Origin: Actinomycetota bacterium
GTDB lineage: Bacteria; Actinomycetota; Actinomycetes; S36-B12; UBA5976
Assembly: GCA_947452765.1 (NCBI GenBank)
Contig: CANGDR010000001.1
Span: 194,657 to 258,656 of the forward strand
Reading direction: 5' to 3'
Length of the DNA stretch: 64,000 nucleotides
Made by a program: the position numbers and the translations under genes. Positions 48,235-57,115 of this stretch are shown here, piece by piece (position 1 is the first letter of the stretch; every line of letters begins with the position of its first letter). The notes below the pieces were generated by a model. The model was not told the DNA's origin. It ran no database searches and worked only from the letters and a program-made list of their open reading frames with translations.

Positions 48235-49743
48235 ATGTCCGTTCAAGGTATTGATGTCGTCGATTTAACTACTGCCGCAGCGCTGGAAGAAAAGAAAAAA
48301 CTTCGCAAGCACTTCGGCCGTTTTGATATCTTCTTCTTTCTTATTTGCACAATTGTTGGTGTAGACACAATCGGCCAAATGGCATCTAACGGAGCCCAAG
48401 GATTCTTGTGGCTTATTTTTATGTGTGTATTCTTCTTCATCCCTTATGGTCTGTTTACCGCGGAACTCGGTTCAACCTTTGCTGAAGAAGGTGGGCCATA
48501 TGTATGGACCCGCATGGCATTCGGCCGCAAAGTAGCTGGCTTAAACTCAATTTTTTATTGGTTCTCTAATCCAGTCTGGATTGGCGCAACCCTTGCACTG
48601 CTAGCGATTCAAACTGTTTCGGATTACTTCTTTAACATTCCTGCCGGAAGTTTCTGGTCGTATGGCGTGGGCATGATTTATATCTGGTTTTCCGTATTCT
48701 CGGCAGTGCTTTCATTTGGCGTTGGAAAGTGGATCCCGACCATCGGTGCGTTTAGTCGAATCGTCATGATCGGTTTATTCGCAATCACTACTGTGATCTA
48801 TGGAATTAAGAATGGTCTTCATTTTCCATCAGCTGGAGACTGGAATCCGACTTGGCCAGCATTTATCGCGCTAGTGCCACTCGTCTTCTATAACTTGGTT
48901 GGATTCGAGATGCCAAGCTCGGCAGGCGACGAAATGAAGAACCCTCAGCGCGACGTGCCATTCACAATCATGCGGGCAATGATCACTTCTATTTTGCTTT
49001 ATGGTTTGCCGGTACTAGCCATTGTGATGGTAATTCCAGCAGATGAAATTTCTGGCGTATCGGGTTTCCTTGATGCAATCGCTAAGGTGTTCACTGTTTA
49101 CGGCTCTGCCGCAGACGTGATGCTTAAGGTAATGGCATTTACATTCATCATGGCACTGGTATCTAGTGCAAGTGCCTGGTTAATGGGAGCGGACCGAACT
49201 GAAGCAATTGCTTCAATCGATGGTACTGGGCCACCGTGGCTGGGTAAATTCTCATCTCGCTTTGGAACTCCAGTGAATGTGAATATGGCTTCAGGAATTA
49301 TTTCAACCCTGGTGTTCCTAGTTGCTCAGAAACTCGGCGACGGAAATGCATCAGTTTCGTTTGGAATCATGATCGGCATTGTCTTGCTGTTTACGAACTT
49401 GAGTTACTTGGTAATTTTCCCAACCGTAATCAAGTTACGTAAGTCTCATGGACATGCGAATCGCCCTTACCGAATTCCTGGTGGTATGGCTGGTGTATGG
49501 GCAGTTGGAATCATCACAACTTTCTGGTCTGCTTTCGCATCGCTAACTGGAATTTTCCCGGGCTTACTATCCAATGGAATGCTGCTGGATGACTCTGCAT
49601 TGCCTGACGGCGTGACTCGTGTCCAGTACACGACTTACGTATTCACTGCCATTGCCATAACGCTCGTGGTGGGAGTGATCTTCTACATCCTTGGCGGTGC
49701 AACTCGTAAGGAACTTGTTAAGGATCCAGAAGTATCTGCTTAA
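48235..49743 (+). CDS. APC-superfamily amino acid/amine permease
   Basis: The 502 aa polytopic protein is transcribed divergently from the amine oxidase gene. Confidence 0.85.
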   Translation: MSVQGIDVVDLTTAAALEEKKKLRKHFGRFDIFFFLICTIVGVDTIGQMASNGAQGFLWLIFMCVFFFIPYGLFTAELGSTFAEEGGPYVWTRMAFGRKVAGLNSIFYWFSNPVWIGATLALLAIQTVSDYFFNIPAGSFWSYGVGMIYIWFSVFSAVLSFGVGKWIPTIGAFSRIVMIGLFAITTVIYGIKNGLHFPSAGDWNPTWPAFIALVPLVFYNLVGFEMPSSAGDEMKNPQRDVPFTIMRAMITSILLYGLPVLAIVMVIPADEISGVSGFLDAIAKVFTVYGSAADVMLKVMAFTFIMALVSSASAWLMGADRTEAIASIDGTGPPWLGKFSSRFGTPVNVNMASGIISTLVFLVAQKLGDGNASVSFGIMIGIVLLFTNLSYLVIFPTVIKLRKSHGHANRPYRIPGGMAGVWAVGIITTFWSAFASLTGIFPGLLSNGMLLDDSALPDGVTRVQYTTYVFTAIAITLVVGVIFYILGGATRKELVKDPEVSA

Positions 49744-49759
49744 TAACCAATTAATAAAC

Positions 49760-49801
49760 ATAACCCCAGCGGCCATACGGCAGCTGGGGTTATGTTTTTT
49801 G
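49760..49801 (+). terminator. Intrinsic terminator after the permease gene
   Basis: The stem ATAACCCCAGC / GCTGGGGTTAT is followed by GTTTTTTG. Confidence 0.7.
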
Positions 49802-49813
49802 ATTTGAATTAAA

Positions 49814-49845
49814 TAAATACTGGCGAACCTTCGGTTCGATCCCGG
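49814..49845 (+). repeat. 32-bp direct repeat, copy 1 (TAAATACTGGCGAACCTTCGGTTCGATCCCGG), tRNA T-arm-like
   Basis: This copy matches 49922-49953 exactly. It contains the canonical T-arm string GGTTCGATCCCGG and an alternative hairpin CGAACC-TTC-GGTTCG. Confidence 0.8.
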
Positions 49846-49921
49846 GCAGTTCTGAATTGTGTGGTCGATGCAAGCGCTGGTGCGGGCGGGTGACCTTGTC
49901 AATCGATTTTCGATTGACAAG

Positions 49922-49953
49922 TAAATACTGGCGAACCTTCGGTTCGATCCCGG
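49922..49953 (+). repeat. 32-bp direct repeat, copy 2
   Basis: This copy is identical to 49814-49845, 108 bp downstream. The copies are separated by a 12-bp perfect hairpin (CTTGTCAATCGA-TTT-TCGATTGACAAG, 49895-49921). Confidence 0.8.
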
Positions 49954-49998
49954 TCGCACGCGAGTCGAATGTTTGTGCGTAGCACAAACCGATATACG

Positions 49999-50069
49999 AG
50001 CGGGTGACCGGGATCGAACCGGCATGGCCAGCTTGGAAGGCTGGGGCTCTACCATTGAGCTACACCCGC
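49999..50069 (-). tRNA. tRNA-Gly (anticodon TCC)
   Basis: Hand-folded cloverleaf: acceptor GCGGGTG/CACCCGC, D arm GCTC/GAGC and anticodon stem CCAGC/GCTGG with loop CTTCCAA. The T arm is GCCGG-TTCGATC-CCGGT with discriminator U. Confidence 0.9.
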
Positions 50070-50138
50070 GAGCCAGTTCTATCGAACAGGCAGGATTTAG
50101 ACTATCGCATCTTTTCTAATAGAATCGAACCGCAAGAT

Positions 50139-50211
50139 CGGGGCGTAGCGTAGTGGCTAGCGCGCCTGCTTTGGGAGCAGGAGACCGAGAGTTCGAGTCT
50201 CTCCGCCCCGA
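50139..50211 (+). tRNA. tRNA-Pro (anticodon TGG)
   Basis: Hand-folded cloverleaf: acceptor CGGGGCG/CGCCCCG and anticodon stem CCTGC/GCAGG with loop TTTGGGA. The T arm is GAGAG-TTCGAGT-CTCTC with discriminator A. Confidence 0.9.
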
Positions 50212-50283
50212 CTCGTAGTTGTGGAGTCCGCCTTATTTTTGAGGCGGGCTCTACACATCTAACGCCTAATAAATAGGAGAGCC

Positions 50284-51618
50284 GTGAAAAGCGCCGTTGA
50301 AACACTTTCCCCAACTCGCGTGAAGGTCACTGTTGATCTTCCATTTGCAGAATTGCAACCAAGTTTGGATGCTGCCTACAAGCGCATTGCATCCCAGGTA
50401 AATATTCCCGGCTTCCGTAAGGGCAAGATTCCTAATCGAGTAATCGACCAGCGATTTGGTCGTGCCATGGTGCTGGAAGAAGCTGTTAATGATGCGATTC
50501 CGTCCGGACTTGCTAAAGCACTTGTTGAAAACGAAATTGTGCAATTGAGTCGCCCAGACGTTGACGTCACTTCATTAGATGAAGAAACCGGTTTAGTGTT
50601 CACTGCTGAATTCGACATCCGCCCAGAATTCGATCTTCCTAAGTACAGCGACCTGAAGGTTGTTGTAGACAATGCTGAAGTAACTGCTGATCAGGTAGAA
50701 GAACAGCTAACTGGTTTACGTGGCCGCTTCGGATCATTGAAAGATGTTGACCGCGCAGCCAAGGATGGTGACCTACTCTTAGTTGATCTTCGTGGCGATC
50801 ACAACGGACAAGAAGTTGAAGAAGTTGCAGCCAACGCGTTCAGTTACGAACTTGGTAGCGACGACATGGTTCCAGGTTTTGATAACGCAGTGCGTGGCGC
50901 CAAGAAGGACGAGTCTCGCACCTTCGTCTTCACTCCAACTGCAGGTCAGTGGCTAGATAAAGCGATTTCGGTTGAAGTTACGGTTCGCCAAGTTCGGGAA
51001 CGCGAACTTCCAACTGCAGATGACGAGTTTGCTCAACTTGCTAGTGAATTCGACACAATTGGCGAACTGCGCGAAGACATCCGCACCCGCCTAGGCCGAG
51101 TTCGTTTAATCGAGCAGGCTTACCAAGCTCGCGACTTAACACACGATGCATTGATGGAAGCAATCAAGGTTGAAGTTCCTGAAGGTGCAATCAAAGATGA
51201 TATTGACGAGCACTTCTCGGACAATCATGGTGACGAAGCGCATCGCACAGACTACGAATCCAAGGTTCGCTCTGGCATAAAGAGCCGCATGATCATGGAC
51301 AAAATTGGCGAAGTCGAAGACCTTCAGGTTAACGATGCCGAATTATCCCAATGGTTAATGCAGGAAGCTCAGCGTTACAACATGGCACCAGATCAGTTCG
51401 CCGACCAGTTGGTACAAGCTGGCCAGGTACAAGGCGCTATCGCGGAAGTTCGTCGGGCCAAGGCACTTGCTCACGTACTTGAAAGAGTCCAGGTCGTTGA
51501 CAAGTCCGGCAACAAGATCGATTTGGAATCAGTCCTTCGCGGCGAAGAGTCGGATCAAGAGTTTGATGACGAATTCGATGCCAGCTCAGATACTGAAAAC
51601 TTCGAAGCAGACGAATAG
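50284..51618 (+). CDS. tig: Trigger factor
   Basis: The 444 aa protein has the ribosome-binding signature GFRKGKIP and an acidic C-terminal tail. It starts at GTG behind an AGGAGAG RBS. Confidence 0.93.
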   Translation: MKSAVETLSPTRVKVTVDLPFAELQPSLDAAYKRIASQVNIPGFRKGKIPNRVIDQRFGRAMVLEEAVNDAIPSGLAKALVENEIVQLSRPDVDVTSLDEETGLVFTAEFDIRPEFDLPKYSDLKVVVDNAEVTADQVEEQLTGLRGRFGSLKDVDRAAKDGDLLLVDLRGDHNGQEVEEVAANAFSYELGSDDMVPGFDNAVRGAKKDESRTFVFTPTAGQWLDKAISVEVTVRQVRERELPTADDEFAQLASEFDTIGELREDIRTRLGRVRLIEQAYQARDLTHDALMEAIKVEVPEGAIKDDIDEHFSDNHGDEAHRTDYESKVRSGIKSRMIMDKIGEVEDLQVNDAELSQWLMQEAQRYNMAPDQFADQLVQAGQVQGAIAEVRRAKALAHVLERVQVVDKSGNKIDLESVLRGEESDQEFDDEFDASSDTENFEADE

Positions 51619-51700
51619 TCTGCATCGAAGCGAGTAAATACCGAGAGGCAGACGAATAGTCTGCATCGAAGCGAGTAAATACCGAGAGGCAGACGAATAG
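51607..51700 (+). repeat. 41-bp tandem repeat, 2 full copies plus a 12-bp third start, beginning inside the last codons of tig
   Basis: The unit is GCAGACGAATAGTCTGCATCGAAGCGAGTAAATACCGAGAG, at 51607-51647 and 51648-51688 (identical). A third GCAGACGAATAG occupies 51689-51700. Each full unit contains the hairpin GCAGAC-GAATA-GTCTGC. Confidence 0.9.
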
Positions 51701-51715
51701 ACATTTTGCACAAGT

Positions 51716-51749
51716 GCACAAAGCCCCACCATCTGGTGGGGCTTTGTGC
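51716..51749 (+). terminator. Strong hairpin downstream of tig (terminator-like, no U tract)
   Basis: The 15-bp stem GCACAAAGCCCCACC / GGTGGGGCTTTGTGC has an ATCT loop. Confidence 0.5.
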
Positions 51750-51871
51750 TGTGCATGGTGCTTTGCATTGTGATTTGCCACGCTCCTAGCGAACATTGCG
51801 GTGTCGCCCGTGCCAATGTCAGTAGAACCGTTTAGGGTTTAGTTGTTACTAGCAGTATTTGAGGAGTTTTC

Positions 51872-52507
51872 GTGAGTGGTATCGAGGTCCCGGGGTTAAG
51901 CCTTCCGGAAGCACGAACCCCATCCCCAATGGGTCAGCCATTTGGAGATTCGGTTTACCAACGCTTGTTGCAGGATCGCATTATTTTCATGGGCACCCAG
52001 GTCGCTGATGAAATGGCAAATGCCATCTGCGCCCAGATCCTTTTACTCGCTGCTGACGATCCTGAAAAAGATATTTTCCTCTACATCAATTCACCTGGTG
52101 GATCGATCAGTGCAGGTATGGCAATTTACGACACTATGCAGTTCGTCAAAAATGACGTAGCCACTGTTGCCATGGGACTTGCTGCTTCGATGGGCCAGTT
52201 CCTGTTGTGTGCAGGCGCACCTGGCAAGCGTTACTCGTTGCCACATGCTCGCATCATGATGCACCAACCTTCGGGTGGCATCGGTGGAACTGCTGCTGAC
52301 ATCAAAATTCAAGCTGAACAGATGAAGTTCACCAAAGCCAAGATGGCTGAATTAATTGCTGAACACACTGGACAGACCATTGATACTGTCACCGAAGATT
52401 CTGATCGTGACCGCTGGTTCACCGCAGAAGAAGCAAAAGAATATGGTTTCGTCGATCACGTTGTGCGCAGTGCGCGCGATGTTGCCGGCGAAGGCGGAAC
52501 GGCATAA
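51872..52507 (+). CDS. clpP1: ATP-dependent Clp protease proteolytic subunit 1
   Basis: The 211 aa protein has YINSPGGS, catalytic Ser in GLAASMG and MMHQPSGG. It starts at GTG behind a GAGGAG RBS. Confidence 0.92.
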   Translation: MSGIEVPGLSLPEARTPSPMGQPFGDSVYQRLLQDRIIFMGTQVADEMANAICAQILLLAADDPEKDIFLYINSPGGSISAGMAIYDTMQFVKNDVATVAMGLAASMGQFLLCAGAPGKRYSLPHARIMMHQPSGGIGGTAADIKIQAEQMKFTKAKMAELIAEHTGQTIDTVTEDSDRDRWFTAEEAKEYGFVDHVVRSARDVAGEGGTA

Positions 52508-52518
52508 GGAGAAAACTC

Positions 52519-53136
52519 ATGGATTACTCACCGCAATCTCGTTACATTCTCCCGAGCTACATTGAGCGCACACCTCAAGGTGTTCGTGAATATAACCCGT
52601 ACGCAAAACTTTTCGAAGAGCGCATCATTTTCTTAGGCGTCCAGATCGACGATGCTTCGGCTGACGATGTTATGGCTCAACTTCTCGTGCTTGAATCTTT
52701 AGATCCAGAACGCGACATCCAGATGTACATCAATTCACCTGGTGGCTCGTACACAGCAATGACTGCGATCTACGACACCATGCAGTTTGTTAAGTGCAAC
52801 GTACAAACGGTCTGCCTAGGTCAAGCCGCTTCTGCTGCTTCAGTAATTCTTGCTGCTGGAACTCCAGGTAAGCGTTTTGCGTTACCTCATGCACGAGTTT
52901 TGATTCACCAGCCATACACCGAGGGTGGCGGCCAGGGATCTGATATCGAAATTCAGGCAAATGAAATCTTGCGGATGCGCGATGAGATGGAAGGTATCTT
53001 CTCAAAGCACACTGGCCGTGGAGTTGAGGAAATTCGCCGCGACATGGACCGTGACAAGATCCTGACAGCCCCAGAAGCCAAGGAATACGGCATCATCGAC
53101 CAGGTATTAACAACCCGCGTTCCACTGAACAAGTAG
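52519..53136 (+). CDS. clpP2: ATP-dependent Clp protease proteolytic subunit 2
   Basis: The 205 aa protein has [16 protein letters not shown] and LIHQP. Confidence 0.92.
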   Translation: MDYSPQSRYILPSYIERTPQGVREYNPYAKLFEERIIFLGVQIDDASADDVMAQLLVLESLDPERDIQMYINSPGGSYTAMTAIYDTMQFVKCNVQTVCLGQAASAASVILAAGTPGKRFALPHARVLIHQPYTEGGGQGSDIEIQANEILRMRDEMEGIFSKHTGRGVEEIRRDMDRDKILTAPEAKEYGIIDQVLTTRVPLNK

Positions 53137-53239
53137 GCCTTCTCTGGCGTGTACGCCGCGAGAAATCTGTTATTTCAAGGTACTTTGGTTAGACGCTCGA
53201 AGTATCTGTCCACACTTATTCCCCCGGGAGGTGCACGCC

Positions 53240-54517
53240 ATGGCTCGTTTAGAAGGCGGCGACCTGTTGAAGTGTTCGTTCTGTGGCAAAAGCCAGAAGC
53301 AGGTCAAGAAATTGATTGCTGGCCCAGCCGTATACATTTGCGACGAATGCATTGACTTATGCAATGAAATCATCGAAGAAGAGCTTGGCGAATCAGTCAA
53401 CCTGGGCTGGGATGAACTTCCAAAGCCACGTGAAATTTTCGCATTCCTTGACCAGTATGTAATCGGTCAAGAAGTAGCAAAGAAGTCACTTTCGGTAGCG
53501 GTCTACAACCACTACAAGCGAGTACAAGCCGGTGCGAACTCAACTTCGCGTGAAGAAGGCGTTGAATTAGCAAAGTCAAACATCTTGCTCTTAGGTCCAA
53601 CTGGATCGGGTAAGACCTTGTTAGCTCAAACTCTGGCTCGCATGCTCAACGTGCCATTCGCAATCGCTGATGCAACTGCACTGACAGAAGCAGGTTATGT
53701 CGGCGAAGATGTTGAAAATATTCTTCTAAAACTTATTCAGGCTGCTGACTACGATGTCAAAAAGGCTGAGACCGGAATCATCTACATCGACGAAATCGAC
53801 AAGGTTGCTCGTAAGAGTGAAAACCCATCGATCACTCGCGATGTCTCCGGTGAAGGTGTACAGCAAGCACTGCTAAAAATTCTTGAAGGCACAACCGCTT
53901 CCGTTCCACCACAAGGTGGCCGTAAGCACCCGCATCAAGAATTCATTCAGATTGATACCAGCAATGTTTTGTTCATCGTAGGTGGCGCATTTGCCGGCCT
54001 CGATCAAATCATTCGCCAACGTATCGGCAAGAAGGCACTAGGTTTCACAGCGACAATCGATGAAGAAGAAGTCAACGAACAAGATATCTTCTCGCATGTT
54101 ATGCCAGAAGATATGTTGAAATTCGGAATGATTCCTGAATTCATTGGTCGCTTGCCAGTTTTCACATCTGTTGCACAACTTGATCGCGAAGCATTGGTTG
54201 CAGTACTAACCGAACCTAAGAACGCATTAGTTCGCCAGTACCAAAAACTCTTTGATCTAGATGGCGTTGAACTTGAGTTCACCCAAGACGCATTGGAGGC
54301 CGTTGCAGAACAAGCAGTTCTACGTGGCACCGGTGCTCGTGGGTTGCGCGCAATCATGGAAGAAGTTTTGCTTTCGGTTATGTATGACATTCCGAGCCGC
54401 GAAGATGTTGCCCGCGTAGTTATTAACAAAGAAGTTGTTGGCAAGCACGTTGCCCCAACTTTGGTACCGCGCGATGCACCATCAGTTAAGCGAATCCCGA
54501 AGGAAAAAACTGCTTAA
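53240..54517 (+). CDS. clpX: ATP-dependent Clp protease ATP-binding subunit ClpX
   Basis: The protein has a zinc finger CSFCGK...CDECIDLC, Walker A GPTGSGKT and IYIDEIDK. The start is taken at ATG 53240 (GGGAGG 8 nt upstream). Confidence 0.95.
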   Translation: MARLEGGDLLKCSFCGKSQKQVKKLIAGPAVYICDECIDLCNEIIEEELGESVNLGWDELPKPREIFAFLDQYVIGQEVAKKSLSVAVYNHYKRVQAGANSTSREEGVELAKSNILLLGPTGSGKTLLAQTLARMLNVPFAIADATALTEAGYVGEDVENILLKLIQAADYDVKKAETGIIYIDEIDKVARKSENPSITRDVSGEGVQQALLKILEGTTASVPPQGGRKHPHQEFIQIDTSNVLFIVGGAFAGLDQIIRQRIGKKALGFTATIDEEEVNEQDIFSHVMPEDMLKFGMIPEFIGRLPVFTSVAQLDREALVAVLTEPKNALVRQYQKLFDLDGVELEFTQDALEAVAEQAVLRGTGARGLRAIMEEVLLSVMYDIPSREDVARVVINKEVVGKHVAPTLVPRDAPSVKRIPKEKTA

Positions 54518-54520
54518 GTT

Positions 54521-57073
54521 CTAACTTTCGCTAGTTGGCGCGAGTTCGATCTCTAACGAGATTGGGCTCGCGCTTTCTGCATATGTAAAGTCAGACTGAA
54601 CTCGACCTGCCGCCATTAGGTCACTCGCCACTAGTTTAGCTTTCACCACCACATCTGCTGGTGCACTGATTTTGGCAGTTGCAATGTCGGCCTTCATGGA
54701 AACTTTTGCTTCACTCTTGACTTTGCGAAGTTGGGACAGGATCTCAGCCGACACAGCCAGTAGGGAAGCGTCACCCTTGTAGGCGCGCAGGGATTCCGAT
54801 TTTGGCCAAGCTGACTTATGTATCGAATCATCATGTGTCCAAGACCAAACTTCTTCAGTCACGAATGGCAAGAACGGTGCGAATAACTTAAGCAAAGTAT
54901 CAAGGGTGATGGTCAGCGCGGCGCGAGCTGAGGCAGCACCTTGGTCGCCCGCAAGTCCGTAAGCGCGATCTTTAACAAGTTCTAGGTGGTCATCACAGAA
55001 CGCCCAGAAGAAAACTTCCGCAGCTTCCATAGCCTTGGTGTAGTTAAAGGCTTCGAATGCTTTCGTTGCTTCGTCCACCACATCTGCCAGTGCGGCTAGC
55101 AACGCCTTGTCGATTGGCTCGGTGACTGACTCTGGGTCAGCGCTACCTTGCAGAAGTACAAACTTGCTGGCATTGAGAATCTTGGTGGCTAACCGGCGAC
55201 CGATCTTCATTTGGCCAACATCGAATGCGGTATCGGTACCTGGGCGACCGCTTGCTGCCCAGTAGCGAACGCCATCACTGCCGTGTTCATCCAATAGGTC
55301 AAGCGGTGTAACAACATTGCCCTTGGACTTAGACATCTTTTTGCGATCCGGATCCAGAATCCAGCCCGAAATTAGGGCGTGCTTCCAAGGCAAAACTTTT
55401 TCTTCTAAGTGAGCGCGAACAACAGTGCTGAAAAGCCAAGTTCTAATAATTTCGTGCGCTTGTGGGCGGACATCAAATGGCCAAACTCGACTCCACAAGT
55501 CATCATCAAAGCCCCAACCGCCAGCGATCTGGGGAGTTAGCGAAGAGGTGGCCCAAGTGTCCATGACATCCGGATCTCCCATAAAGCCGCCAGCAACTCC
55601 GCGCTGTGATTCGGTATATCCCGCTGGCACATCTGTTGATGGATCGATTGGCAAGGACGCAACGTCGGGAACCAAAATCTTGTCCCATTCTGGATTTCCA
55701 TCAGCATCAAGGCCGTACCAAACTGGAACTGGCACACCAAAGAAACGTTGGCGCGAAATTAACCAGTCACCGTTTAAGCCTTCAACCCAATTTTCGTAAC
55801 GTACCTTCATGTGATCTGGGTGCCAGTTCATGTTGCGACCACGTTCTACTAATTCAGCACGCAAATCGGTATCTCGTCCACCATTTCGGATATACCACTG
55901 GCGGGTGGTCACAATCTCAAGTGGCTTATCGCCCTTTTCAAAAAACTTAACTTGATGAACAATCGGACGAACTTCACCATGTAAGTCGCCGGACTCTTTA
56001 AGCAGTTCGGCAATCTTTTCTTTTGCCGAGTGTGCAGTTAATCCAGCTAACGCGGCATACGCATGTTGTCCTAGCTCGGAAGCAATCCAATCTGGAACTT
56101 CAGTAATGATCCGGCCATCCCAACCAATGATTGGGCGAGTAGGTAATTGCAATTCGCGCCACCAAGTTACGTCAGTGGTATCACCGAAGGTACAGATCAT
56201 GGCAATGCCAGAACCCTTTTCTGGATCGGCAAGGGTGTGCGCGACAACTGGAACTTCAACTCCGAAAATCGGTGAGGTAACGGTAGTACCAAAAAGTGGC
56301 TTGTAGCGTTCATCATCAGGATGAGCAACCAGTGCAACACAGGCTGGTAATAATTCTGGGCGCGTGGTTTCAATAAAAAGTGGCGAGCCATCAGGCTTAT
56401 GGAACGAAATTCGATGATATGACCCCGGGCGTTCGCGATCTTCAAGTTCAGCTTGTGCTACTGCAGTGCGGAATGTGACATCCCAAAGCGTGGGCGCCTC
56501 GCTTTGGTAGGCCTCGCCACGCGACAGGTTATTTAAAAACATCCGCTGGGATACAGAACGAGCTCGTGAGTCAATCGTTTGGTAAGTAAGTTTCCAGTCA
56601 ACGCTGGTTCCAAGGCGTCGCCAAAGTTCTTCGAAAACTTTTTCATCTTCGATCGTTAGTTGTTCACAGAGTTCAACGAAATTTCGTCGTGAAATTGGCA
56701 GCTGATCTTTGCCTGGTTCAGCAGGTGGTGCAAAGTTTGGGTCATACGGCAATGACGGATCACAACGCACACCAAAGTAATTCTGGACGCGTCGTTCAGT
56801 TGGCAGCCCATTGTCATCCCAGCCCATTGGATAGAAAACAGATTTCCCATTCATGCGCTGGTAGCGGGCTACGCAGTCGATATGCGTATAAGAAAATACG
56901 TGACCGACGTGCAGGGAGCCGCTAACGGTTGGGGGAGGCGTATCGATACTAAAAACATTTTCCCGAGTTGCGGTGCGGTCAAATGAATAGGTGCCTGATT
57001 CTTCCCAGGTTTGCGCCCACTTGGACTCCAGTCCATCAAGGGTCGGCTTTTCCGGCATTCGTTGCGCGCTCAT
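54521..57073 (-). CDS. valS: Valine--tRNA ligase
   Basis: The protein has a HIGH-type motif (SLHVGHV) and a KMSKS motif. The start is taken at ATG 57073 (MSAQRMPEKPTLDG). The ORF-track extension to 57217 overlaps folC and is rejected. Confidence 0.93.
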   Translation of the reverse strand: MSAQRMPEKPTLDGLESKWAQTWEESGTYSFDRTATRENVFSIDTPPPTVSGSLHVGHVFSYTHIDCVARYQRMNGKSVFYPMGWDDNGLPTERRVQNYFGVRCDPSLPYDPNFAPPAEPGKDQLPISRRNFVELCEQLTIEDEKVFEELWRRLGTSVDWKLTYQTIDSRARSVSQRMFLNNLSRGEAYQSEAPTLWDVTFRTAVAQAELEDRERPGSYHRISFHKPDGSPLFIETTRPELLPACVALVAHPDDERYKPLFGTTVTSPIFGVEVPVVAHTLADPEKGSGIAMICTFGDTTDVTWWRELQLPTRPIIGWDGRIITEVPDWIASELGQHAYAALAGLTAHSAKEKIAELLKESGDLHGEVRPIVHQVKFFEKGDKPLEIVTTRQWYIRNGGRDTDLRAELVERGRNMNWHPDHMKVRYENWVEGLNGDWLISRQRFFGVPVPVWYGLDADGNPEWDKILVPDVASLPIDPSTDVPAGYTESQRGVAGGFMGDPDVMDTWATSSLTPQIAGGWGFDDDLWSRVWPFDVRPQAHEIIRTWLFSTVVRAHLEEKVLPWKHALISGWILDPDRKKMSKSKGNVVTPLDLLDEHGSDGVRYWAASGRPGTDTAFDVGQMKIGRRLATKILNASKFVLLQGSADPESVTEPIDKALLAALADVVDEATKAFEAFNYTKAMEAAEVFFWAFCDDHLELVKDRAYGLAGDQGAASARAALTITLDTLLKLFAPFLPFVTEEVWSWTHDDSIHKSAWPKSESLRAYKGDASLLAVSAEILSQLRKVKSEAKVSMKADIATAKISAPADVVVKAKLVASDLMAAGRVQSDFTYAESASPISLEIELAPTSES

Positions 57074-57115
57074 GATGACTAATCCTAGACAATGTAAGAC
57101 ACCTACAATGAATGC

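Noticed and set aside
49567-50055. 162 aa minus-strand ORF with an internally duplicated PGSNRRFASIYL peptide
   Set aside because: The duplication is just the 32-bp DNA repeat translated. The ORF runs through a terminator, hairpins and most of the tRNA-Gly gene, and it overlaps the 3-prime end of the permease gene.
51607-51700. CRISPR-like array
   Set aside because: The 41-bp units are directly tandem with no unique spacers, there are only about 2.3 copies, and no cas genes are present. It is a simple tandem duplication.
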